Of a stretch of 35,087 nt of DNA, positions 1 through 9,251 are shown piece after piece. Positions within the stretch are counted from its first letter, which is position 1. Each line of letters opens with the position of its first letter. A model generated the notes under the pieces. It saw nothing but the letters and a program-made list of their open reading frames with translations. It searched no databases and was not told the origin of the DNA. The position numbers and the translations under genes were made by a program. Origin of the DNA: a virus (Duplodnaviria > Caudoviricetes); IMG/VR virus record IMGVR_UViG_3300045240_000070, positions 1 through 35,087 of that record; one strand, given 5' to 3'.

Positions 1-1
1 C

Positions 2-61
2 AATCAGGATATTCAACAGGCTGTTCTTAAATCCAAAAGTCTTCTTACATACAGAGGTTAA
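2..61 (+). CDS. 3' end of a gene truncated by the window edge
   Basis: Open frame NQDIQQAVLKSKSLLTYRG ending in TAA just before the next gene. Confidence 0.5.
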   Translation, partial: NQDIQQAVLKSKSLLTYRG

Positions 62-63
62 CA

Positions 64-288
64 GTGCTTGAAATGTACATGATTCAGGGAGCCTTTGGTT
101 ATGGCTGCTACTCTGAAGTTCTTGTTGCGGCCGACAGTTCGGAAGAGGCTCTGGAAATTCTTCTCAAGGAAGCTACTACAGAGCCTGATCTGTATGAAAG
201 TTATACTCGTTTCCCTGAAGATATCACTATCACCAAGTGGGGAACCCTTTCCAAGGGAGTTATCAGTGCCAGTGGCACTGATTGTTAA
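64..288 (+). CDS. Hypothetical protein
   Basis: AGAGG RBS before GTG; 74 aa acidic ORF. Confidence 0.7.
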   Translation: MLEMYMIQGAFGYGCYSEVLVAADSSEEALEILLKEATTEPDLYESYTRFPEDITITKWGTLSKGVISASGTDC

Positions 289-307
289 TAACTGATAGAC
301 TTTCCGC

Positions 308-1876
308 ATGACATTCTTAGGTGAGTTACGTCCATACCAACAAGTAGCGTCTTCTCTGATCACCGATCGGGGTAAGGCGCTACTTGCATTGGATCTTGGT
401 ACAGGAAAGACTATTGTTTCCATTGCTGCTATTGAAGAACTAAGAGAACAGGGAAAAGTAAAGTGCGCGCTTCTGATTATGAGTTCCAGTCTGACAAAGC
501 AGTGGGAGCAGAGGATAGAACAGTTTACGGATTCGTCTGCAATAGTGGTAGACGGGTCTATCTCTCCGAAGAAACGATCGATTATCTGCGAGCAAATTTT
601 GTCCGACCCTCCCGACTATATCATTATGGGTTTACGTCAAGTAGTCTCGGATTTGCCGTTCATACGAAAGATCAATCCGGATCTTGTCCTTGTGGACGAA
701 GTGACGAGCATCAAGAACTTCGGTACACAGCAGACGAAGGCAATAAAAAAGCTCAAGAGTACGTACAGGATCGGCTTAACTGCTGAACCTGTAGAGAACG
801 GCAAGGCAGAAGAACTTTTTTCCATAATGCAGTGGATTGATCCTGAGGTACTGGGTGACTGGAGAGAATTTGAGGACAATTATATAATCCGCAATTCCTA
901 TAACATCATTACAGGCTATAAGAATGTGCCTGAATTGAATAAGCAATTGATGACTGCGTGTATTTCAAAGCGCAGATATGATCCTGATGTCGCAGAGTTT
1001 ATGCCAACCGTAGAAGAATTTAACTGCTATGTGGAGATGGACAGTGGAACAAAACTTATTTATGACTTCATCGCAAGAGACCTGCTTAACGAACTCTATA
1101 ACGCCGGACCCTCAGCAAGTAAAGATCTTGCTGGCTACTATGCGGGAGCCAAAGATTATTCCTCCATGGTCGGATTATCAGGCGTCACTAGCAGGTTACT
1201 TGGCCTGCTACTACTGCTCGATGATCCTACGTTGTTAGCAAGCTCTGCACGGGCGTATGAGGACCCCGCAGACCCTAGGGGTAGTAAGTATGCACACTCC
1301 CTCTGGAAGGCCGGGAGAATGCCCTCTGAGCCCTTCCTAGGGGCAAAGCTGGAAGCATGCCTGGAACTGGCTACGGGATATCTGGAAGAGAACCCAAAGC
1401 ACAAGGTTATTATCTTTGCCAGATTCAGGGGAATGCTGCCGCTGCTTCAGCAAGGACTTGACAAATATGATTCGGTATTATTTCATGGAGGTTTGAATGG
1501 AAAACAAAGAGGAGAAGCCATCTCGGCTTTCACAACTGACCCTGACGTTAGACTCTTCATATCCTCTGACGCAGGCGGATATGGAGTGGATCTCTACGCA
1601 GCTTCGCACCTCATCAATTACGATCTTCCGTTATCTTCAGGAACTTTCAAGCAACGGAACGGACGACACGTTAGAGCTTCTAGTACGTTTAGACACGTCT
1701 ACATCGATAACCTGCTTGTCCGATCTAGTATTGAAGAATACCAATTGACGCGGCTGAACTACAAGGCTAGAGTAAGCCAAGGTGTACTGACCGGAATGTC
1801 AGAGGCAGATGGTAGAGTTACTAATGATGCCGAGACTCTGACACAATTTCTGAAAAACTATTTTGGAGAACAATAA
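308..1876 (+). CDS. SNF2-family (SF2) helicase/ATPase
   Basis: LRPYQ, Walker A DLGTGKT, Walker B VDEVT, motif III GLTAEP, motif V GGYGVDL, motif VI QRNGRHVR. Confidence 0.93.
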   Translation: MTFLGELRPYQQVASSLITDRGKALLALDLGTGKTIVSIAAIEELREQGKVKCALLIMSSSLTKQWEQRIEQFTDSSAIVVDGSISPKKRSIICEQILSDPPDYIIMGLRQVVSDLPFIRKINPDLVLVDEVTSIKNFGTQQTKAIKKLKSTYRIGLTAEPVENGKAEELFSIMQWIDPEVLGDWREFEDNYIIRNSYNIITGYKNVPELNKQLMTACISKRRYDPDVAEFMPTVEEFNCYVEMDSGTKLIYDFIARDLLNELYNAGPSASKDLAGYYAGAKDYSSMVGLSGVTSRLLGLLLLLDDPTLLASSARAYEDPADPRGSKYAHSLWKAGRMPSEPFLGAKLEACLELATGYLEENPKHKVIIFARFRGMLPLLQQGLDKYDSVLFHGGLNGKQRGEAISAFTTDPDVRLFISSDAGGYGVDLYAASHLINYDLPLSSGTFKQRNGRHVRASSTFRHVYIDNLLVRSSIEEYQLTRLNYKARVSQGVLTGMSEADGRVTNDAETLTQFLKNYFGEQ

Positions 1877-2445
1877 TGCCTAACGTACTTGATGGTGTGG
1901 AATACCGTACCCTTCAGGTTAAGTTCCCGTCATGGAAGGCGGAAGAGAATTACACTATTTGGCAGGACTGTGGAAATATTACTGAGTTCCCCTCCGGGAC
2001 TGAGTTCCGTGTCAAGTCTGTCATTAGTTATGTGGTGACGGATTCCTTTGACAAGCGCGTCCTTATTTCCAAGGACAAGACTGAGGCTATGGCCAAGGTA
2101 TCTTCTATGCTTGCAGAGGATAAGTTTGCCACAATCCGTAAGGAAGAGGCTGCTTCTCCCGGAATTGCCGACTACCTTTCCGACAAAAATGTACAGTTCA
2201 AGATGTCTAAGTCTGGCAAGTGGCTGAATCCTCCGCACTTTGGTGGAACTGCTATTGGTTCTGCTATTTATTTCCGTATGCGTCCTGATACATATTTCTC
2301 TGTGAGCCTTAAGACAGGTATTTCTCAGGCCGTACTGACATTCGATGATGTGGAACAGCTGGCTGCATATGTTGACAGGCAGCTCCGCACTTCGGACAAT
2401 GACCTCACCATTACAAGGAGACCGTATGGAAACACCCTCGGATAA
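1876..2445 (+). CDS. Hypothetical protein, possible internal duplication
   Basis: GGAG RBS and TAATG coupling to the helicase gene. Confidence 0.75.
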   Translation: MPNVLDGVEYRTLQVKFPSWKAEENYTIWQDCGNITEFPSGTEFRVKSVISYVVTDSFDKRVLISKDKTEAMAKVSSMLAEDKFATIRKEEAASPGIADYLSDKNVQFKMSKSGKWLNPPHFGGTAIGSAIYFRMRPDTYFSVSLKTGISQAVLTFDDVEQLAAYVDRQLRTSDNDLTITRRPYGNTLG

Positions 2446-2896
2446 TCCAGCAGTAAAGGCCAAAGTAGCGGCCTACCTGCTTCTGAACAGTGAGATTGCT
2501 GAACGCAAGGCAATGCAGGACAAACTGAAGAAAGAACTGGACCCCTATCTTCTGGCAGCGGACACCAATGCCAGAGGTTCCCATGTGATACCGTTCGCAG
2601 AGTCTCTGGTGGTTGGGGACAACCGTTATGCGAGCTTGCAGAAGGTACGGAAAACTGCTAAGGTTCTCAACGAACAGCGCGTCATCGACTTTCTGATGGA
2701 GCGTGCCAACAGCGAGGATGAACACTGGGCAGGCTGGGATGATCTTGTCTCCAACTCTGGTGTCATCGTGACTGTACAACACGTTGATCAGGATGTACTG
2801 TGGGACCTGTTCGTACAGGACATGATCAGCAAGGAAGAAATTGACAGTTTCTTTGATGTCAATGTAACCTGGGCTTTCTCGCCCACAAAGGAATAA
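2426..2896 (+). CDS. Hypothetical protein with N-terminal coiled coil
   Basis: AAGGAG RBS before ATG 2426, preferred over the ORF-track start. Confidence 0.75.
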   Translation: METPSDNPAVKAKVAAYLLLNSEIAERKAMQDKLKKELDPYLLAADTNARGSHVIPFAESLVVGDNRYASLQKVRKTAKVLNEQRVIDFLMERANSEDEHWAGWDDLVSNSGVIVTVQHVDQDVLWDLFVQDMISKEEIDSFFDVNVTWAFSPTKE

Positions 2897-2915
2897 TCCA
2901 ACAAAGGGGATAGCG

Positions 2916-3254
2916 TTGCGCAAGACGGTTGCAGGATTCGGTGCTGGTCTGGTTATGCTGATGGGCGCTTCTGCCTGCGGTACTGGCTACAATAACAACG
3001 GCTATGATACGGTTGTGCAGTACGGTTACTATGACCACCTGCATCACTATCACTACTACGCCACTCCGAGAACTGTGCATGTCACGAACAGTTATTATAT
3101 CCATCACATCTACCAGTACGAGCCGCATGGCACTCAGCACACTGTGAAGCCTGTGGTCCCCCGGACAACCGCTACAAAGAAGAGTCGTCTGAGCAGCATC
3201 TTCAAGCGGAAGAGTACAAGCTCCACGTATCGTCGTACATACCGCCGTCGCTGA
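2916..3254 (+). CDS. Putative lipoprotein, His/Tyr-rich with basic tail
   Basis: MRK + hydrophobic stretch + lipobox-like ASAC; AAGGGG RBS. Confidence 0.7.
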   Translation: MRKTVAGFGAGLVMLMGASACGTGYNNNGYDTVVQYGYYDHLHHYHYYATPRTVHVTNSYYIHHIYQYEPHGTQHTVKPVVPRTTATKKSRLSSIFKRKSTSSTYRRTYRRR

Positions 3255-3265
3255 TTGTCTTTAGT

Positions 3266-3300
3266 CGTTCCCCTGCTGATCCGTTCCCAGCAGGGTAGCG
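3266..3300 (+). terminator. Intergenic hairpin, possible terminator
   Basis: CCCTGCTG ... CAGCAGGG inverted repeat right after the stop codon; no U tract. Confidence 0.45.
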
Positions 3301-3325
3301 GCTATGGATTATCAGAGGAGAGAAT

Positions 3326-3649
3326 ATGGCTTCGCGAGTAGCAAGACAGTTCACCATTGAGGAGTTGGAGGAAGAATACGATCTGCCTTATGGTGGGGAG
3401 CTTTCTTTCGAGAGAATTGACAAGCATCGCTGGTATACAATATGCGAAGTGGTTTTCAGGGCAGATGATGGCCTTACCTATATGGTGGATTATATGGAAC
3501 CAGCCACCGAACAACAGGAAGGCCAGGACCGTTGGTTTATTGACAATTACACCAATGAAACTGTGCTGGGTATCCGGGTTGAGCCTAAGGAAATAACTAC
3601 CACAAAGTGGGTGCCAGTTGTACAAGATCGGACAGAGACTGACCAATGA
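3326..3649 (+). CDS. Hypothetical protein
   Basis: GAGGAG RBS; 107 aa acidic ORF. Confidence 0.8.
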   Translation: MASRVARQFTIEELEEEYDLPYGGELSFERIDKHRWYTICEVVFRADDGLTYMVDYMEPATEQQEGQDRWFIDNYTNETVLGIRVEPKEITTTKWVPVVQDRTETDQ

Positions 3650-3848
3650 GCTGGAAGTCAGCTATGGGCAGGCAGTGATCATTGAAATTCTGGCCAGTTT
3701 CTATGACGCTGAGGAAGACCAGAATTATTACATTATAAAGTGCCGTGAAGCTGAGGGGGTTTGGGGTTGGTACACACAGGACGAACTTGATCTGCGCAGC
3801 ACTCAACACCTTGAGAAATACTGGGAAATAGTTAAGGATTCCGAATGA
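3618..3848 (+). CDS. Hypothetical protein
   Basis: Fills the gap and overlaps the next gene by ATGA; start uncertain. Confidence 0.65.
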   Translation: MYKIGQRLTNELEVSYGQAVIIEILASFYDAEEDQNYYIIKCREAEGVWGWYTQDELDLRSTQHLEKYWEIVKDSE

Positions 3849-4066
3849 GTTATTTGAGTCATAGTACACAACGTAATATCCCATGGACCTACCATGCTTC
3901 CTTTCCTAAGAGAGCTGTAAAGAAAAGGGATGAAACCTATGCCCGCGCTATTGAATGCGGCTGGAATAATCCGGAACGCCTGAGGGATTGTCTGACTATT
4001 TACAAATTCTCGGATGATGAGAAGACTATCACCCTGCTTCCTGAAACCGCGTGGCCTAATGAGTGA
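3845..4066 (+). CDS. Hypothetical protein
   Basis: AAGGA RBS, ATGA coupling. Confidence 0.65.
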   Translation: MSYLSHSTQRNIPWTYHASFPKRAVKKRDETYARAIECGWNNPERLRDCLTIYKFSDDEKTITLLPETAWPNE

Positions 4067-4295
4067 TACCGATTTCTTCAGATACTACCGTGATGACGTT
4101 GTTGCTGTTGGAATGTACAGTTCTCTCAAGAATGCCAGATCTGGAGTAACGTACGCTAAGAAGCTTGACGCCAAATATGCAGACAGGTGGCCAGAGAAGT
4201 ACGGTCCTGGTCGTGTCTATGTCATTCAGCAGTTGACAGCTCAGGACAACGAGCTAGTATGGGAAGACCTGGAAGAGGAGGTATATACATCTTGA
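4059..4295 (+). CDS. Hypothetical protein
   Basis: ATG 4059 overlaps the upstream stop region. Confidence 0.65.
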   Translation: MSDTDFFRYYRDDVVAVGMYSSLKNARSGVTYAKKLDAKYADRWPEKYGPGRVYVIQQLTAQDNELVWEDLEEEVYTS

Positions 4296-4687
4296 ACAGT
4301 TGGTACCATGCTGTGTCCGCATCACATAAATACGGAGGTACCCCAGAAGACTATCTTCCTATTGAGGAGTTCATTGATTCCTCTAAGAAGACATTCGGGG
4401 ATTACCGTCACCGTGCCATGTATCATCACACTCTGGGTGTCTACCTGTGTGAGGATCTGTTCGGCAAGACTATTTCTATCCAGAAGAATACAAAGACAAT
4501 TCAAGTGCCTGTTCGTCTTATAGCAGAGCGGCATATTGTAGAGGATCTGGGATTCCTTCCAAGTCCTGAGCACTATCTGAGACATCTTCCTTACAACGAT
4601 GACTCCACTCGTTGGATGTCCGGATCTGTCCGTAAGGAAGTCGGCAATTTCAATGAGGTATTTACAACTGAGGAGAGTAATGTCTGA
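4292..4687 (+). CDS. DUF6915-like His-rich protein
   Basis: HAVSASHKYGG..EDY, DSSK, RHRAMYHH, IAERHIVEDLG motifs; GAGGAGG RBS before TTG 4292. Confidence 0.75.
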   Translation: MNSWYHAVSASHKYGGTPEDYLPIEEFIDSSKKTFGDYRHRAMYHHTLGVYLCEDLFGKTISIQKNTKTIQVPVRLIAERHIVEDLGFLPSPEHYLRHLPYNDDSTRWMSGSVRKEVGNFNEVFTTEESNV

Positions 4688-5162
4688 TAAGACTAAGTTC
4701 ATGGGTTTGCCCGTTGAGGGTGACGTAACCTACGGAGGACGGTACCGTGCTGCGCAAGAGCCTGTTGAGAATCTGTATGTTTATTTCAAGAACGCTTTCG
4801 ACAAGGGCGTAAAGGCGGTTATGTGGACACAGTACACTCCCGGATTCAATGACGGGGACCCCTGTGAATTCACAGTATGTGACGCCAGGCTGACCACTAA
4901 TCCCCTGGTTGCTGATGCATGGCTGGAAGACACTTATCCAGATATGGCGGTTGCTTATCCTGGGAATGAGTACGATTACTATGATGAGTACCTGTACGAG
5001 CCGTGGGGAGAGCATCCGGATGGCAATCATATAAATGACATCAGCATTCCTGTTTCCGCTGAGCGTTTTGAGGATGCTCTTGACGGAATTTTCGGAAACG
5101 ACACCAAGGTAGTCGTAACTCCTGAGCGTGTTGTACAATTCGAATATGACTGCGGGTACTGA
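4680..5162 (+). CDS. Hypothetical protein (WTQYTPGFNDGDPCEF motif)
   Basis: GAGGAG RBS before ATG 4680; acidic. Confidence 0.8.
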   Translation: MSDKTKFMGLPVEGDVTYGGRYRAAQEPVENLYVYFKNAFDKGVKAVMWTQYTPGFNDGDPCEFTVCDARLTTNPLVADAWLEDTYPDMAVAYPGNEYDYYDEYLYEPWGEHPDGNHINDISIPVSAERFEDALDGIFGNDTKVVVTPERVVQFEYDCGY

Positions 5163-5163
5163 C

Positions 5164-5358
5164 ATGTCCACGCTTGTAATCAGTTTTGAAGATCTTCCTA
5201 CACTGCGGCTGGAACTGACTCCTGGACTTGAGGCAGCTCTCGAACAGTCGGATAAGGAAATGGACTGGCAACCGATTTATGATTATCTGTCCACAGAACT
5301 GGAAGAATGGGTAATGGCCAACTTCTGTATCGACGATACGAGAATCTATGGTGAGTAA
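5164..5358 (+). CDS. Small acidic hypothetical protein
   Basis: ATG immediately after the upstream stop. Confidence 0.65.
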   Translation: MSTLVISFEDLPTLRLELTPGLEAALEQSDKEMDWQPIYDYLSTELEEWVMANFCIDDTRIYGE

Positions 5359-5779
5359 CTGGCAGGAACAGTTGTCCAAGGTGTTTCCGGGTTCCAATAC
5401 TCCTTTGCTTTTTGAGCAGATAAGGAAGGTACAGGAGAAACACATAGAAGACTGGGATGCCAAGCCGTTTACTTTTCTGGTCAATGGAAAGGAACAGGAA
5501 TTCTTTTCCATTGGCCAGTTGGGCAAAGCCCTGGGCAACCGGTCCCCTGTAACGATACGCAAGTGGGAACGTGATGGTATACTTCCCAAGTCCCCCTACA
5601 CCAAACCGTCCCAAGATCCACGGGGTAGACGTCGTATGTACACCCGTGCTATGGTGGAGGGACTTATTGAGATAGCCAAACAAGAAGGAGTATTGTGGCC
5701 AGACAAAGGCAGGCGTCTAACGGAGACAATGTTTCAGCAGAAAGCGGTGAACTTGTTCCGGAAGCTGTTGCAGACGTAA
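5348..5779 (+). CDS. MerR-like helix-turn-helix DNA-binding protein
   Basis: FSIGQLGKALG..PVTIRKWERDGILP..GRRRMY pattern. Confidence 0.85.
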   Translation: MVSNWQEQLSKVFPGSNTPLLFEQIRKVQEKHIEDWDAKPFTFLVNGKEQEFFSIGQLGKALGNRSPVTIRKWERDGILPKSPYTKPSQDPRGRRRMYTRAMVEGLIEIAKQEGVLWPDKGRRLTETMFQQKAVNLFRKLLQT

Positions 5780-6048
5780 TTCCATTGGACAAGGTGACAG
5801 TGTCACCCCAGGGTGATATGCTGGAGATCACTTATTCAAGAAGCTGGGATCTGGCAGTTGTCCAGTATGAGAAGATGACTATATTCACCAGTATTAAGCG
5901 GATTGTTCCCAAGGATTCGGATCTTACCCTTGTGGGGGACCAGATTTCTGATATGCTGAATGAGATCCAGAGTGCGGACCTTTCATGGGCCCGTGCGATG
6001 ACGAACAACAAGGGTTCTCTTATCACCCGAATTGTTCCACAACCCTGA
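5695..6048 (+). CDS. Hypothetical protein
   Basis: AAGGAG RBS before GTG 5695; overlaps the upstream gene by about 85 nt. Confidence 0.65.
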   Translation: MARQRQASNGDNVSAESGELVPEAVADVIPLDKVTVSPQGDMLEITYSRSWDLAVVQYEKMTIFTSIKRIVPKDSDLTLVGDQISDMLNEIQSADLSWARAMTNNKGSLITRIVPQP

Positions 6049-6099
6049 TAATCTCCGACCTAATATGCCCGAGTGCATTCTGATAAAGGAGTCCAATTA

Positions 6100-6822
6100 A
6101 TGGCAAAGATCAACCGTACCCGTGTAACCGACACTGTCTCTGACCTTACTGAGGATGAGCAGGATGAGATGGACGCTAACCCGTACGCCGCTCCCGAGAT
6201 GAAGCGGGGCGGGGTTACCCGTTCTGCTGTATCCTCTGGCTGGGGTGCCAAGCAGGAAGAGCGTACCGAAACTGTTAAGGCACCTGCCCTTAAGTTGAAG
6301 GACGCGGGTACTCGCGTTATCAAGATCCTTGATGGTGCTCCGCCTGTCAAGTACAAGCGCCACTATGTTAATTCCAAGAACAGGTACTTCACCTGCACTC
6401 AGAACCAGTGCCCTTTGTGCGCTGCGCGTGTTCGTGCTTCCTGGACGTTCATCATGAATGTTGTTGACCTGATCGACAAGCCTACTGAGGTCAAGGTCTG
6501 GACGTTCGGCACTGAGGTTTCTTCTCAGCTTCAGACTATTGCTGAGGAGAAGGCACCCCTTGACAGCCTGAATTCTTATTTCGAGGTTCGTCACGTCAAG
6601 GTTGCCGGGCGGTCCGCTCCCGGTACGAATGTAAACTTCCTGAAGAGCCGTGATCTTACTGAGGATCACTCTCTTGAGCCTCTGAACGAGGATGAGATCC
6701 TTGTGCTGAACGAGGATCGTTACGGTGCAGAGGTTGTTTGGATCAATGACAATGATTACCTTGAAGGCATCGCTGCTGAGGTTCTGGATTCTGACCGTAT
6801 TCAGAAGCGGCAGAATGACTAA
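6100..6822 (+). CDS. Single-stranded DNA-binding protein (gp32-like)
   Basis: His plus CTQNQCPLC Zn motif, acidic C-terminal region, position next to polA, AAAGGAG RBS. Confidence 0.75.
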   Translation: MAKINRTRVTDTVSDLTEDEQDEMDANPYAAPEMKRGGVTRSAVSSGWGAKQEERTETVKAPALKLKDAGTRVIKILDGAPPVKYKRHYVNSKNRYFTCTQNQCPLCAARVRASWTFIMNVVDLIDKPTEVKVWTFGTEVSSQLQTIAEEKAPLDSLNSYFEVRHVKVAGRSAPGTNVNFLKSRDLTEDHSLEPLNEDEILVLNEDRYGAEVVWINDNDYLEGIAAEVLDSDRIQKRQND

Positions 6823-6825
6823 GGT

Positions 6826-6854
6826 TTGACACAAGAACCCCTGGCTGGTAGATT
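6826..6854 (+). promoter_or_regulatory. sigma70/HrdB-type promoter
   Basis: TTGACA-N17-TAGATT. Confidence 0.8.
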
Positions 6855-6873
6855 CTACTGGTCAGGGGTTCTT
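6833..6873 (+). terminator. Hairpin terminator overlapping the promoter
   Basis: 19-bp stem with 3 G-U pairs, fully paired only as + strand RNA. Confidence 0.7.
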
Positions 6874-6890
6874 CTACTTAGGAGGTAACA

Positions 6891-7130
6891 ATGGAATTCT
6901 ACATGGTCCGGCATTACTGGTACAGCGGTTACAGTGCCGATATGGATGATGTCATGCCTTGTTCCACTTCTCAGAAGGGAATGGATTATCTGAGAACTGT
7001 TGTTGAGAACTTTGAAGGCTATTCAATGGAGACCGGACCTGATGGTTTCTACATAGCGATCAGGCGTGAAGGTGCATATGCTTATGATCACTATTATCTT
7101 GAGAAGATGGAAATGGATGTGGAACTTTGA
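6891..7130 (+). CDS. Hypothetical protein
   Basis: AGGAGG RBS. Confidence 0.75.
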   Translation: MEFYMVRHYWYSGYSADMDDVMPCSTSQKGMDYLRTVVENFEGYSMETGPDGFYIAIRREGAYAYDHYYLEKMEMDVEL

Positions 7131-9139
7131 TAGAGGGGGTAATCCTTACAGAAGAGCAGTTGCGTAAGGAGGTAGCTTACTTTCTCAAGCAACCCGCTTT
7201 CTGTTTCGACATAGAGTCCATGAATGGTGCACTTCCTGATACCCGTGGTGTTCCCGCACACAACCGTGTGGTGTGGATTGCCATGGCTACTTATGGCCGC
7301 ACTATTGTCATTCCTATGGGACATTCCAATGGGGATATTCTTCTTCAGCGGGCGCATAAGAAACGGAATAAGGAAACAGGTAAGTTCGAGGACTTCCCCC
7401 CTGTTTATGATGCTCCGCCTAAGCAGCTGCTTCCCAGTGTGGTTTATGAAATCCTCCGGCCGCTGTTCTTTTCCAGAATAATAAAGATCGCACACAACGC
7501 TGTTATGGACTTTGTTTCTCTGTTCGCAGGCTTCGGCGCAATTCCCGCTGGTCCTGTATTCGATACGATTCTTGCCCAGTGGGGACTTGACGAAAATATC
7601 GGACAGGTTGTCGGTGGTCCCAAGCGGCCCATGGACAAGAAACTGAAGACCCTTGTCAAGTGGTATTACCATGTGGATTATGACAAGGAAGGTGTTGGTA
7701 AGTGCATCGAGCTGTGGCCTTTCTCCAAGGTTGCCAGGTACGCCATGCTGGACGCATACCATGAGTGGTTGCTGTACCTGAAGTTCACCGAGATGCTGGC
7801 TACAGCAGGCATAGACGACCATATGGCGCTCGAAATGGAGTTGACCGAGGTTCTGTTCCATATGAACCTTGAAGGCGCTCCTGTGGACGTACAGGCGATC
7901 CGTGAACTGGAAGTCCTGCTTACCCGGAAGCTTGAGGAAATTGAGGGCAGGGTATACAAAGCTGCGGGGAAGATATTCAATGTCCGTTCTCCTAAGCAGA
8001 AGCAGGAGATCCTTTATGGTTTCAAAAAAGACGGAGCGCAAGGGCTGAAGCCCTGGAAACTTACTGATACAGGAAAGACCAGGAGAAACAAGAAAGAAAC
8101 TCTGGATATCTACTGCTATTCTACGGACAAGGAAGCACTGGAAAGTTATCCGGAGAATGCATTGTGCCGGGTTCTTCTTGAATATCAGGAAGTCGCCAAG
8201 TTGCTGGGTACTTATGTTCTCGGATATCTGGGAGATCCTGATGACCCCAAGAAGCCCTGCCGTATTTTTGACGGGCGTATTCATGCGGACTTGGTCCAGT
8301 ATGGAACGGTTACTTCCCGTTTCTCTTGTAGAGAACCGAATCTCCAGAATATTCCCCGTCCGGGAACCGAACTTGGTACTGCGGTCCGTGGTCTGTTCCG
8401 GGCCCCTGAGGGGTACAAGCTGGTAGTGGCGGATTACGCCCAGATTGAGTACCGGGTACTGGCTCACTACCTCGGAAGAGGAGTGTTGTATGATGGTTTT
8501 CATGCCGGTATTGACGCGCACAAGGCAACAGCTTCTTCCATGTACCAGGTTCTTGTAGAGGAAGTTGACAAGGAAATGCGTCAGGATTCCAAGGCACTGG
8601 GATTCGGTGTTCTCTTTGGTGCCATGGCTGCCAAGATTGCTGCGACAATGGATAAGCCGCTCCAGTACGCGGAAGAGCGGATCAAGGATTATGAGCGTAC
8701 CCAACCAGAAGTCGGAGCACTGAAGCGCTGGGTGTGGAAGACGGCAAGGGCTCGGGAGATCCCTTCTATCAAGACCATTACCGGTTTCGAGCGAAGGGTA
8801 TGGGATCTTGCCAGTCCTGAAAAGTGGAAGCGTCTGAAGGCAGAACGCCAGATATTCAATTCCCTTATCCAGGGCGGTGCTGCCGGACTTATCAAGATGG
8901 CAATGGTGCGTCTGCACAGAACTCTTCAGGCGGATTATGCAAAGCACAACAACCCTGAGGACAAGATCTCTCTTGTCCTTTCAGTACATGATGAGCTGGT
9001 TCTTCTTGCGCCGGATCACAGGGCAGAGGAAGCAAAGGCTATGCTGGAAGAAGCTATGACCGGACCGGAGATCCAGATTCTCAAGGTTCCGCTGGAAGCT
9101 GATGCCAAGATAGTACAACGTTGGTCGGAAGCAAAGTGA
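7127..9139 (+). CDS. polA: DNA polymerase I family A (3'-5' exonuclease + polymerase, no 5' nuclease)
   Basis: Exo FDIE, AHNAVMD, YAMLD; TSRFSCREPNLQNIP; motif A ADYAQIEYR; motif B RQDSKALGFGVLFG; motif C VHDEL. Confidence 0.96.
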   Translation: MIEGVILTEEQLRKEVAYFLKQPAFCFDIESMNGALPDTRGVPAHNRVVWIAMATYGRTIVIPMGHSNGDILLQRAHKKRNKETGKFEDFPPVYDAPPKQLLPSVVYEILRPLFFSRIIKIAHNAVMDFVSLFAGFGAIPAGPVFDTILAQWGLDENIGQVVGGPKRPMDKKLKTLVKWYYHVDYDKEGVGKCIELWPFSKVARYAMLDAYHEWLLYLKFTEMLATAGIDDHMALEMELTEVLFHMNLEGAPVDVQAIRELEVLLTRKLEEIEGRVYKAAGKIFNVRSPKQKQEILYGFKKDGAQGLKPWKLTDTGKTRRNKKETLDIYCYSTDKEALESYPENALCRVLLEYQEVAKLLGTYVLGYLGDPDDPKKPCRIFDGRIHADLVQYGTVTSRFSCREPNLQNIPRPGTELGTAVRGLFRAPEGYKLVVADYAQIEYRVLAHYLGRGVLYDGFHAGIDAHKATASSMYQVLVEEVDKEMRQDSKALGFGVLFGAMAAKIAATMDKPLQYAEERIKDYERTQPEVGALKRWVWKTARAREIPSIKTITGFERRVWDLASPEKWKRLKAERQIFNSLIQGGAAGLIKMAMVRLHRTLQADYAKHNNPEDKISLVLSVHDELVLLAPDHRAEEAKAMLEEAMTGPEIQILKVPLEADAKIVQRWSEAK

Positions 9140-9154
9140 CAAGGAGAAAATACA

Positions 9155-9250
9155 ATGGCACAACCGGATACAAAGCAATGGCATGATGAGCGGCATAAGA
9201 ACAATGAATTTCCGGGTACATGTAAGTGGTGCGCATTAGCAAGAAGGTAA
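9155..9250 (+). CDS. 31-aa peptide with His/CxxC (not in ORF track)
   Basis: AAGGAG RBS; MAQPDTKQWHDERHKNNEFPGTCKWCALARR; fills the gap exactly. Confidence 0.6.
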   Translation: MAQPDTKQWHDERHKNNEFPGTCKWCALARR

Positions 9251-9251
9251 T

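Noticed and set aside
7094-8947. 617-aa minus-strand ORF
   Set aside because: Antisense shadow of polA with no recognisable motifs; the same applies to the other long antisense ORFs over SSB, nrdJ and the 28 kb gene
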